The notes beneath the pieces are model-generated. The model was not told the DNA's origin. It saw nothing but the letters and a program-made list of their open reading frames with translations, and did not search any database. A stretch of DNA of 64,000 nucleotides. It comes from Paragordius varius (Eukaryota; Animalia; Nematomorpha). Position 1 is the first letter of the stretch; each line of letters begins with the position of its first letter. The position numbers were made by a program, and so were the translations under genes. The stretch lies in NCBI GenBank assembly GCA_964247055.1, contig OZ176051.1, positions 6,386,001-6,450,000 on the forward strand, given 5' to 3'. Below are positions 39,601-51,600 of this stretch, one piece after another.

Positions 39601-42600
39601 ATGCTAATTTTAATTTTACTTTCTTTTTTATTGGGCGTCACTTTTATTTTATTTATTGAATATTATGGCTTTATTAAATATTTTAGAACGAGACCAAGAT
39701 CTACGGCTACCTCCTATTATTCCACATATGAACATCCCCAAGTTTCAAAATATTTAATTACATAGATTACAAATGCTGATAATCCAGCGTTAAATGTTTT
39801 TAATTTTCTGTTTCAATTTTTATTTTTTGAATTAAGAGATTCTTTCAAAGTGAAACAGTATTTTTTTGATAAAAATTTAGATGGATTATAAATAAAGTAT
39901 ATGCCGAACTTACAGAACTTAAGGCTGCATCATTTTTCGATAAAATATTGGGTGACGTGAAGGTAACTGACATTAATCTTGGCTCATATTTTCCACTCAT
40001 AAAAGATTTGGTCGTGGAAAATCTGGTGTTCGACAATGAGGGAGAGTTTTTAGAAGTTTGAACCACTGTCATATTATTTTTCTTTTAGGAATTGGATATT
40101 AAATTTACATGTGATTACAATTTTAATTGTTCCAAAGACTGTAAAAAATCCATGAAAAACTACTTTTCTACAATCATAAATAACAAAGTGGAAATTGACT
40201 CTTCACAAGGCACAAACGCCGAGCCAGTGATTTATTCTGGTTTTAATGGTTTTTATATGGTTCTTAAAACTCAAATTCTTTTGGTTGGGAAGGCTCAAGC
40301 TTCAGTCGTCATCAATATATCTGAACTCGAAGGGCCAGTCAGATTGCGGTTTTCACGCATTCCCTACACGCATTGGTCATTTATGTTCTTGAAGGTTTCT
40401 TAACTTATTTTTAAGTTTTAAACCTTTCTTGTCAAAAAATGTCCGAATTATCAACTAAAAGTATCCAAAAATTTAGTTTTTAAGGATAATATTTAGCCTT
40501 GAATTTAATTTTAGATACTTACCATTGCTTTATGATTTTTATTGAGAAACATAAATTATATATAACTCATTAGGTAATTTTAGAAAAATAAGATTATTTC
40601 CATTTGTTTATGATCTTTAATAAATCCTCCTAAAAATAGAACATAGCATGGTGATCTTATTTTGTGCTTGTAATGTCTAATGTAATTTTTTATTATTTAA
40701 TTAACTTAAATTACATGATTATTTTTAAAAGTTAATCAAGCGAAGATGTTTAAACGGGCATTAAAATCAGGAAAGTTGTTTTAACCGTTTTTAAACCGTT
40801 TAAAAAGGTTCTCGGTTTAATAGTATATAATAAAAATATTATTATGATTTGTATATCTGTTTATATTTATTTTTCCTTTTTATTCTAAAATAAATGTTGA
40901 TGTAATTATGAATGAATCGGAATCACATTTGAAAATCTTTGTATATAAAACCTAACCAAATTTAACAAAAAATAATTGGAAACGAAAATATTTGCCAATT
41001 TTTTGATAAAAACTCTAGAGCGATCGGAAGCAAAAGGGGTAGAGATTTCATTATAAGTATTGATTCATAGCTTTATATTTCCTATATTCTGGGAAACATT
41101 ATATGAATTACAATATTTTTTATAGCTCTTCAAATCTGTATTTTCTAACTAAAACAGTAATGTTCATCTATAAAAAATGAATTATCCTAATGCATAAGCA
41201 TAAATGTTTTTGTTTTAAATAAATATTTCATTTTTATCGTCTATTGCATTTATTTTTTTGTATCGATTTCCTTTAATAGTCTTTCTATCAATGTTATATG
41301 ATGTGACGCTTGGCTATTAAAATTACATGATATGAGATTGTTTATAATTTGGAATAAATTTTTAGATTTAGAATATTAATACAAAAAAATAAATGTAAAT
41401 TTATTTCTTTATATTCATATATATATAGGAGCCGAAACTGTCTCTAAATGTGGATTGTATCGTTAAAAACAAAAAGGTGCCTCAAATAGCATCCCTTATA
41501 GCCTCACAAGTAATAAGTTTATCAAAATAAAAAAATAATATTTTGATCACTAGCTGTGACTTATAGACGTAGTCATTAATGCAAATTTAATATGTGACCG
41601 CGTAGTTAACATAGGGCGCGGCCTTAATTATGTGCAGATTTACAAATTGTTATTGACTAATATTTCTTCTATATAATCTCAAATAACCAAATAAGATTTA
41701 TTAAATATATATATGTTTTCTCCTTAGCTTAAATTGTTTCCATTCGTATTTGATATATAAACCTATATGTAGCTCCAACCATATGCTAATTTCAAAAAAA
41801 ATCTTAACTAAAACTTTTGCTTTTAAATGGTATACTCATACTATTATTGTTGGATTCATTTATTATAATCCGTAAAATGGTGCCAAGTCATGTTATCTTA
41901 ATTTTACAGAGTTTGGAGCCTTTTATAACGGCAGAAATTTTAAGACGCTCAACTAAAATACATTTATACTGGAAATATCTAAAATCACTGTTGATTTTAT
42001 TTAGTCTCAGAGGTGATATGCTTTAAAGATTTAGTTTTAAGGTTTTTCATTTTACGAATTCAAAAAAGTGGTCCGATTATAATCGGCGCATTAAATTTAT
42101 AAATATTTTCCACTTTTATGACGCCAACACGTTTTACGGAAAATGGTCTCATAGCCCACATTCTAAATCTGCATTGTGAAAATTTCATACAATTTTTAAA
42201 TATATGTTGAATTACTAATGATTTCATAAAACAAAGTTTTAGTATATGGCCTATTACCTTATAGACTCAACTTTTACACATAAGTGTAAAACCATTTTGT
42301 CCTGCTAAACAAACTTGTTTCAAAAATGAAGAAAAGTATGATCTCCTTAATAAGCATTTGTCTAAAACAAGGGTCTCCAGCTTTTGAGTCAAGGATGCGG
42401 TTCACGAAGCCATTTGTATTAGATTTGACATCTCTGGTCTAATTTTATATTTTTTATATTGACAGATACGAAAATCCATATCTAAACGTCACACATTCCC
42501 CCATTATAAGTTACGGGTTAAACCCTTTTTCCATAGCATGTTTGATGATTTACAAAACAACATTTATCAACAAACCAAGCATCAAAACGCAGAAAATCTA

Positions 42601-45600
42601 TCACAGTCACTTCAAATAAATAGTGCTCAGAATGGATCAATTGGTAAATTTTGATTGAAAGGGTTTTTATTAGAAAACCCTCATATAATGACTCTGATTC
42701 GGAATCACAGCTGTATTCCGTATCGAGACCCCTTTTTTTAAAGAGTATTTTAGTTAGATAACACTTTAATAATAATTAAATATGAACAGATTATTAGAAT
42801 CTAATAAAATAATTAGAAATATTATGTATTTCTGCATAATACATCAATTTATTATATTGCCACGATTGAGGGGAGGGGGGGGGTTAAAGCTATTGTATTT
42901 TAATTTAAATGTAATGAGCCGTGATGTAGGACGGACTCTTACACTGCGTGCTAGAGTTCGAACCCCAGAGCTACGCAATTTTTATCACTGTCACCCCTGG
43001 GCAGGCGAGTGTTAAAGCCTTGACATGTCCGGATACAATTTGAATCCTTAAGTTATTAATAAATAAGGAAAAAAGAGACTCTAAACTGTGTAATTATCTA
43101 AAGTTAAATGTAATAAATTTATTTTTTTGCAGCCAACGGTAAAAGTAATCTCTCAAATGCGCCAGAATTTAGTATAAATATTAATAACAATAATCTAAAT
43201 GTAACTAACACATCAATTAACGCAACAAACTCCAATATCAATTCAACATTGAATTCAACTCAACAAAATAGCAATAACACAAATTTTGTGGCCAACAAAA
43301 TTGGACATTTATTACTTAATGCCACATATGGACTTATTAAATTTAATGATAATATAAATTTGATACGAAGTACGTTTTTTATGACACCGCACATATCTGA
43401 ATCGAAAAATCAAAAACCTGAAAACCAAAATGAAGTATTTTTTTTGTAATTTTAATACGCAATAAAAACATTTTTATATAAAAGTATTTTAATGTTTTAT
43501 ACTCACCTATTTTGTTGCAGAATGAAAAAATGCCAACCTCACCAAAACTATTGGGACGCCTTAATATATCCGTTATGCAATTGTATCGCCTCTTACCAAA
43601 TTTGCCAGAAGATTCTGAAATTATATTAGCTCTTTCCATAGGTAATAATTTAGTCAAAATATCATTGTTAAGGTAAATTTTAATATAATTATTCTTTTAC
43701 ACTATTTAAAATCTTTATTGGGTTATTTTCAAAATATATATATGAAAAATGATATGTATTTATTGAATTACCAATATTTAGTATATGGAAATATTTTTTA
43801 TGCTTAACAAAGGAATGAGCCGATTTATTATTGATTAATGAAATATTTTATATATCCTTTTTTGTGATAATTTGATATTTAAGATAACAAATCGTTGAAA
43901 GATTTGAATGAAGAATCAATTGAAAAATATCGGAATTTATATTGGAAAGAATATGAAATTATGATTGATTTAAATGGTCAACCTCCTGGTATAACACTCA
44001 AAGAAGTATTATTTTATATAAACCATTAGAATATAAATGAATCTTTTTTTTCAAATTATTCAATTTTACATATTTTACGTCATAGGTATTTATACCACAA
44101 AAGGGAAAACGTTGTATAATCATACACAGTATTGCTCCAAACTCTCCGGCCTGTCGGTATCAGTTGCAAAAAGTAATTTTTATAAAAATTTGAAATATAT
44201 ATATATATATATATATATAACATATATATCATATTCTAAAATAAATTTTAATTTGGTAATTTTACTAGGGAGATATGATTTTAAACATAAATGGGATACA
44301 ACAAATGAGCGGACGTCAGGCCAACAATTTACTCAAACAATACAGGAAAACGATGATAAAACAAAATGATAAGTAACTTGAAATTTTATCAATTTCATAT
44401 TTCTAATTGTTTCTGTGGTTATATTCACAAATTTTTGTAGTGGACAATTATTATTATAAATTAAAATTTTTTTATTAGGTAATAATTTCAAGATTGCCAA
44501 TAACTCCTTTTAATATCCATAAAAGTTACACGGTTGATATATTTGCTGAATTGTGCGATTTTTTTGCCATCACCATCTGTTAAAAACTATACTATTATTT
44601 TTGCCATTTTTAATTTTTTTTAAGCTACAAAATATATATTAAAACTTTCTTGCTTTTTTCCATTTTTAATATATTTAAAACATGAAAATACTATATTTAA
44701 CCATTTATATATATAAGATATCCCATGATAATTTGGGAAAAATAATTTTGATTAGATTTCTTTTATGTTACAAATAAAGCGTTCCTGATATTTCAAATAT
44801 TATATTTCTTAATAGTCAAACTTTAGGTAATAATATAAAATTTAATATAATATCATTTTATTTTTGCGCACTAGCTATTAAGTTTTTTAGCAAAGAAAAT
44901 AACTATATAGATCTTTACTTTTTTAAAATAGATTAACTATCAAATTTCAACGGTTTGAAAAACCCATATGTATTGCAACTGAACAACCGCATATATCAGA
45001 AAATAAGTTTAAGGATATATTTAGCTATGATGAGGACAAAAACGCAATAGATATAAAAAATGAATCACCATTTGCAAAGCCCACAAGCATACACACTACT
45101 GAACAAAAAGAAATGTTGGTTTTTTTAATTAAAAATTTCAAATCAACAACCCCATCTCTTTTAGATACTTTATTTAATTATTTGTCTGTTAATTAATTAA
45201 ATTTTTCCTTATCAAAACGTATTCTAGTGTGTATTTAAATATACCATTTGCACTTCAAGAGTGTCCTTGAACACTTCAAGTTGGTCCTTGAACAATTCAA
45301 GTTGGTCCTTGAACAGTTTAAGTTGATCCTTGAACAATTCAAGTTGGTCCTTGAATTTGTAAGTTTGCCAACTCTAAACCATTTAAATTAAATATTTTTT
45401 TTATATTTTGTCAAATTTTAGGTTTATTTGCAATAGTACTTTTGATTTTCCTAATTTAATTTATATAGATTATGAACCTATTTAGTGTAATATAATCAGA
45501 AACATTTGAAACAACTATCATTTATTAAATTTTTTCATAAAATATATTTATTGTATATTATAGAATAATCACTAATATAAATATATGATTAATTATGAGC

Positions 45601-48600
45601 ATAAGGATTTCCTGATGCTGCATTTATTAGATTCTTAGTTAACAATTTTGTATATCCTATCACATCCGATTCTGTGACTTTAGAGGCTTCTAAAATCAAC
45701 TCGGACAGTGATGTCTCCACGTCCCTTGATAACATGTCACAAACATAATTTTTTATTTTAGAGAATGCATTTTCAATAAGATTGAGCATAAAGCTGTATG
45801 GAGATAGAAATGAAATTTTATAGGAATAATTGGCGGCAATATCATTTAATGAATTTTACTAAGAATTTTTGCGCTATCCAAAATAAAATAAATATCTTCT
45901 AAATTAGATGAGTTAAGATGTATACAGAGATTAAAAAAATTTGCAAAAATATTAGCATTAACATTTCCGACTCTATATGTGAGTACACTATTCCAGCCGA
46001 ACCTAGGGCTGCTATCAAAGTAACGATTCTTCCTTTAACGTTTGGCAACTTTGCAATCGCTCTGGCTCCCTTCTTAGATCTTCCATAGTTTCTTCTTAAA
46101 TGGTTATGGAATCCTGACTCATCGATGAACACTATTTTGGAATAGTCGCAGCCAAAGGTTTCATTAAACCAAAGGGCGTATTCTAATTAAACTTAGATGA
46201 TCGTTAACCTTATTAATTTCAATATGAGTTTGTTTCATTGTAATGCCAAGCTTTCTGATAACATTATTAATAGTTGTATTAGAAAGGCGGATATTTTTTT
46301 CTACTAGAAAACAATTTAGTGATTTTAGTGTTATGAGTGGATTTATGGTAATTTGGCCTTCAATAAGGGCAACAATACTATCATCAACCTTTTCATATCT
46401 TTTTCCTCTATGATTTGTGTTTTCATTTATATTTTGTTTGTATTTACTAATAATACGTTTGGCAGTAATATATTTAATTTCTAGAGATCGTGGCATATTT
46501 ATTATACTTTCACCCTCTATATTGTTTTTTATCTTGATCAGATAATTTACTTCCTAGAATCTAAAATCTAAAATAAAATAATACTCATTTTGGAATAAAT
46601 ATAAATATTAGTTAAACAGACGATTTTTTTAAAATACATGAAAACTAACGTCTGCTTAAATCAACTAATACGGTGTGTATTTCATGTCAGATATGCAAGT
46701 TAAATTTATCAAATAAATATAAAGGTAGTAAAAATCATTAAATGATATTGCCGCCAATTATTCCTATAAAATTTCATTTCTATCTCCATACAGCTTTATG
46801 CTAAATCCTATTGAAAATGCATTCTCTAAAATAAAAAATTATGTTTGTGACATGTTATCAAGGGACGTGGAGACATCACTGTGTTGATTTTAGAAGCCTC
46901 TAAAGCTATCACAGAATCGGATGTGATAGGATATACAAAATTGTTAACTAAGAATCTAATAAATGCAGCATCAGGAAATCCTTATGCTCATAATTAATCA
47001 TATATTTATATTTGTGATTATTCTATAATATACGATAAATATATTTTGTGAAAAAATTTAATAAATGATGGTCGTTTCAAATGTTTCTGATTATTTTACA
47101 CTAAATAGGTTCATAATTTATAAAAATTAAATTAGGATAATCAAAAGTACTATTGCAAATAACAATAATAACCTAAAATTTGATAAAATATATAAAAAAT
47201 ATTTAATTTAAACGGTTTAGAGTTTTTGGCATAGTTACGAATTCAAGGACCAACTTGAATTGTTCAAGGACCAACTTGAATTGTTCAAGAACCAACTTGA
47301 ACTGTTCAAAGACCAACTCGAACTCTTCAAGGACCAACTTGAATTGTTCAAGGACCAACTTGAAGTGTTAAAGGACACTATTGAAGTGCAAACGGTATAA
47401 CCCAGAAAATTTATATATGTTTTCATTTCATGTTAAAATCTTATAAATATCCAAAATTATTTTAATAAATTAATTAAGCTATACGTTTTCTCAAAGATTA
47501 AAAGTTGATATCGATTTAAAATTTATGTTAAATAATAGAAAATAGGTTAAAAACAATAAAATAGATGAATTATTTATGATTTGATTGATAAAAGTTAAAG
47601 ACAAAACTAAAAAGTCAAAGGAGCAACTTGACGTGTTCAAGGACCAATTTGAAGTGTTTAAGGACCAACTTGAAATGTTCAAGGACCATCGAGAACACTC
47701 TTGAAGTGTAAATGGTATACCTAATTGTTAAATCCCGAATGCCCTGTAATGCAATTATTTTTATGTTTATTTTAAATATATTTATATTTTTCGATATGAC
47801 TAATAGTTTCCAAAATATAATTTAAATTTTAAAAATTGAATGAATTTAATAAACAAGACGTAATATGGCACATAAAACAAATATTTTACAAACTTTGTTT
47901 TAGTAACTATACTTTTGTTTTCCATTTTTTTACATTTACAGGGATTTAGATATACTAATTGATGAATGCGAAGAAAAACTATTTATTAATTCTGAAAACA
48001 TTGACACCATATCGTATTCGGATGAAAGTGCTAAAATATCATGTGCCAATGAATTTTCGCAAAAGGTTAGCGTTTAGAATTAGAGTAGACCCTACTCATA
48101 TTAAGATTTGGGAAAAAATGCATGGCTTAAAATCCACATAATGTTGCCGTTTTGAAAGAATTTAAAAATATTTATTATTATTCCACACATATGATTCAAA
48201 AAATTTAAAAAAATTATTAAGTTTCACCTTTTCTTATTTTTTTGCTAATTCTTCAATAGTAATTTATATAAAACACGGAAAATCAATGATCATTACAATT
48301 TTTTGTCACTGTTAATTTTGTAATGATAAAGAGGGGGGGCGGTCATTTAAAGGAATATTGGCCAAAATTAAAGAATCTTTTATTTAACATATTACAGATA
48401 ATATCTGAGGATACAGATAGTTTATTCACAACCAGCGTAAACCCAAACGAATCTTGTCTATCCCATGTAAGAGTCATTTAAATTATTTATTTTCGAAAAA
48501 AATTTGGTTTGATTTTGTGTTTACACACCTTTTTTAGCGATCAATTTCTTGCGATAATTTGAGCGATTGTGTAAATAAGCGTACTTTATCATGTGAACCA

Positions 48601-51600
48601 CCAGTTAATCGCTCAAGCTATCTTTCCAAATCATTTTTACGACTCCCTTCTTTCAAGCGAACTGGAAAGAAATCTAGGATAAATGCTACCCATTTATCAC
48701 ACAATAGTAATTTATTTTGCAAATATAACTCGTTATAAAATATTAGTCTACCTGATAAGGACCCTTTCCTAATAAGGCTTATAAATATGAGCGTCCATAA
48801 AATAAAAAAATATGGTGATATGCTATTATTTAAAATAAGCAACTTTGGTTTCTTTTGACAACTTTTAATCAGAAAATATCTTAAAATGCATCATAATTTT
48901 CCACGGGCTAATTAGTTTAGGCGCTGTTTATAAATTTTTAAGCCATGAATAGGGTTATTGTTAGGGTGAAATTTTTTTCAATATTGATGTATCAAGATTC
49001 ATAATATAATTTATGTCGTCATAAGTTTTAGAAAACGTGGGTGAAACTACATCCCTCTCCTCAGCATACAGTTCATCGCATCTTACAACCTTTTCTAATT
49101 TATCTACTAAATCCAAGTTTAAACCTGATGAAGTATTATCTATACAAAAATTACCAACTAATATTAATACTACTAATGCTTATAAAAATTCTTTGAATGA
49201 AACAACTATTCAACCTACCGCCCTAAATAATGGTATGATGGGACCTTTACTAGATGATTCCTTCGATGAACTCTCGTGTTCCACATCATTTTACATTGGA
49301 GATTTGGATACTTCAAGGGATGATGATTTATTTTTTGAAAACGCTGCTAACCCTAGCAATAATGATAATTTTAATAATCAGGAATTTGAATGTCCCAATA
49401 AAGTTAATATAAATAAAGTGCCTTCATCAATGAATGATATGTTACTACTGCAATCAAATAATGAAGATATGACCTTGAATGAAAGTGATCACAACTCTGT
49501 GTTTGATAAAAATGCAACGTTGACCAAAAGTATAGTTTTATCTTGTTTAAATAGCGAAAAATGGTTTAATTTTACACGTATGCAACCGACTTATTCTTAA
49601 TTTGATGCAATAATATCGCTTTTTGAAATTTTTAAAATTTTTACAAACATGAGTTATTCAATTTTATATATATGCATGAATTGGCTAAAATTGAATTTAT
49701 ATGATTTTATTACTTAATTAACTTTTTATAATTTAGTCTTTTTAAATTTTAGGTTCTGTTTCAACTGGTTCGATTACACAATCTAAGATTCTCATTTTAT
49801 CTTAACATTGTAATATTTATAGATTCAGTTATTCAATTCCAAAATCTGAATTCTAACATGGTCTCACATAATGAGAAAAATCCTCAATCACTCACCCCTA
49901 AATTGTACCGCTGTAATACTGATCAAACTGATAACACAAATGCATTTGATTCTAAAAGTTGTCACATAATGGACAATAGTGAAGCGTCTAATTTTTTCGA
50001 CTCAAAGAATTCAAATCAAATTTTTCAATCCCAGAATAATCCCTGTAATACCAAGCATAAACGTGTATTTAGTTTACCAATTAATGTCTTATCATTCGAT
50101 GAAACTGATTCAAATACCGATCCCATACATACCACTGATAAGAAACTCATCATAAATGATAAAGATCAGTTCCGCAAAAATTGTAACATAGCTGCCGATA
50201 AGCTTGATGTTTTGACTCCTTTAAAACATAATGAATCTAGCACAAATTTTAGAAATTTAGTAGCATCTAACATACAAAACTCAAGCTCTATCGTAACACA
50301 TACCACGGTACTTTTACCAAAAAGAACGTCCAAAGAAAATTTGAAAAAGGTAAGTTTGTTTTGTTGAGTACAGGAGGTGTCCAACACGCTTTGTTCGTTA
50401 CGCAAAAATGTTCTAAAAATGTGTAAAAAATAGAAAATTGAATTTCAATTAAGAAATTTTGATCATTTTAAAGATTTTTCAACTAAATTGGGCTCAAAAT
50501 TTGAAAAAAACCCAACATTTTTAAAACAACCCGCGATGAGATTCTGTTGGACACCCATGGTAGAGTGCTTAACATTGAATATTAGTGTATATATTATTAT
50601 ATATTTTTTAAGGATAATACTAACGCTTTTAAAACCGATGTTGTGCCAAACGAAAAAACTTTTGCCAATATAACCACCAAAAAAACTGAAAATTATCCAC
50701 AATTTTTACGAGAATTAACTTCGTTTGGAGTATGCCAAAAGCCAAATAGATTTGCCAAGGTATGGACTGGTCTGAATTCGAATGCAACTTTGCTGCATCA
50801 ATCAAAACATTCTATTTTATCGGACCCTTATCCATATAATACGGTTTATTTAATTTTTATAGCGGAGATCCTTTTTATAATAATCTAAATTTATTAGCTG
50901 CAGCGTAAAAACTTATTAAAAAAATTACCATAAAAATTAACCTTAGTTTAAAATTAAAAAGTGCATGACAATCAAAACAATCAGTTTATAAGATCCGTCG
51001 ATTTAATCGAAGAAGGGGGGTTTATATGATTTATAAATATTTTATATGCAATAAAATTAATTAATAAATTTAGTACGATACTTACCTTTTTATTAACATT
51101 AATTAAATATTTTTATTGACCTATTATCTATCTGTTTTTTATTATCGAAATTGTAATTACAAAAATATTTGGTTTAGGAGATACGCATGCCAATGAATAA
51201 TTATTCTTTTTACATATTCGATGGAGATATTCAACAACAACCAAAAAACTCAACACACTGCAACAATGGAAAATTATACTTAAATTTAGCCGTGATTTGT
51301 AAAGTTTATCAAAATTCTCAACCACTGTTAAATACCACCAAAAAAGGTTTTTTTTCGTATTTTGTTACAAGAAATAGGCTTATTAGAATATTTTCGATAC
51401 GCCGTCAATACTCAATAGCATTTGAATAGATTGGTACAAAAATTTTCACATTAATATTAATGTGTATTTTTAATAAAAATCAACATTATTCGGTTTGGAA
51501 ATTTACTAAATAATAACTATTGATTTATTCTATTCTTATTGACAAAAGGATTTATTAAAAATCCGTGTAAACTCTTCAAATCAATCAATATTTATAATTG

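Noticed and set aside
30386-39765. TAG reassignment or readthrough instead of the 24- and 27-nt introns
   Set aside because: It would add 8-9 residues inside conserved motifs and cannot explain the 23-nt frameshifting intron; several kb of other coding exons contain no internal TAG.
42684-42745. Possible extra PDZD8 exon after a 40-nt intron
   Set aside because: The most coding-like frame is out of phase with the upstream donor, and the model closes without it.
42916-42990. Intact tRNA gene
   Set aside because: A B-box is present but I could not build acceptor and anticodon stems; it is treated as SINE-like.
45250-47400. 21-bp repeat arrays as a possible CRISPR
   Set aside because: Units are head-to-tail with no unique spacers, no cas genes are present, the context is eukaryotic, and the arrays sit inside TIRs.
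47235-47682. ORFs with NSSWSL repeats
   Set aside because: They are translations of the family-1 21-mer.
49753-49790. Possible PDZD8 mini-exon (GSVSTG...)
   Set aside because: No convincing donor, and it is not needed for frame.
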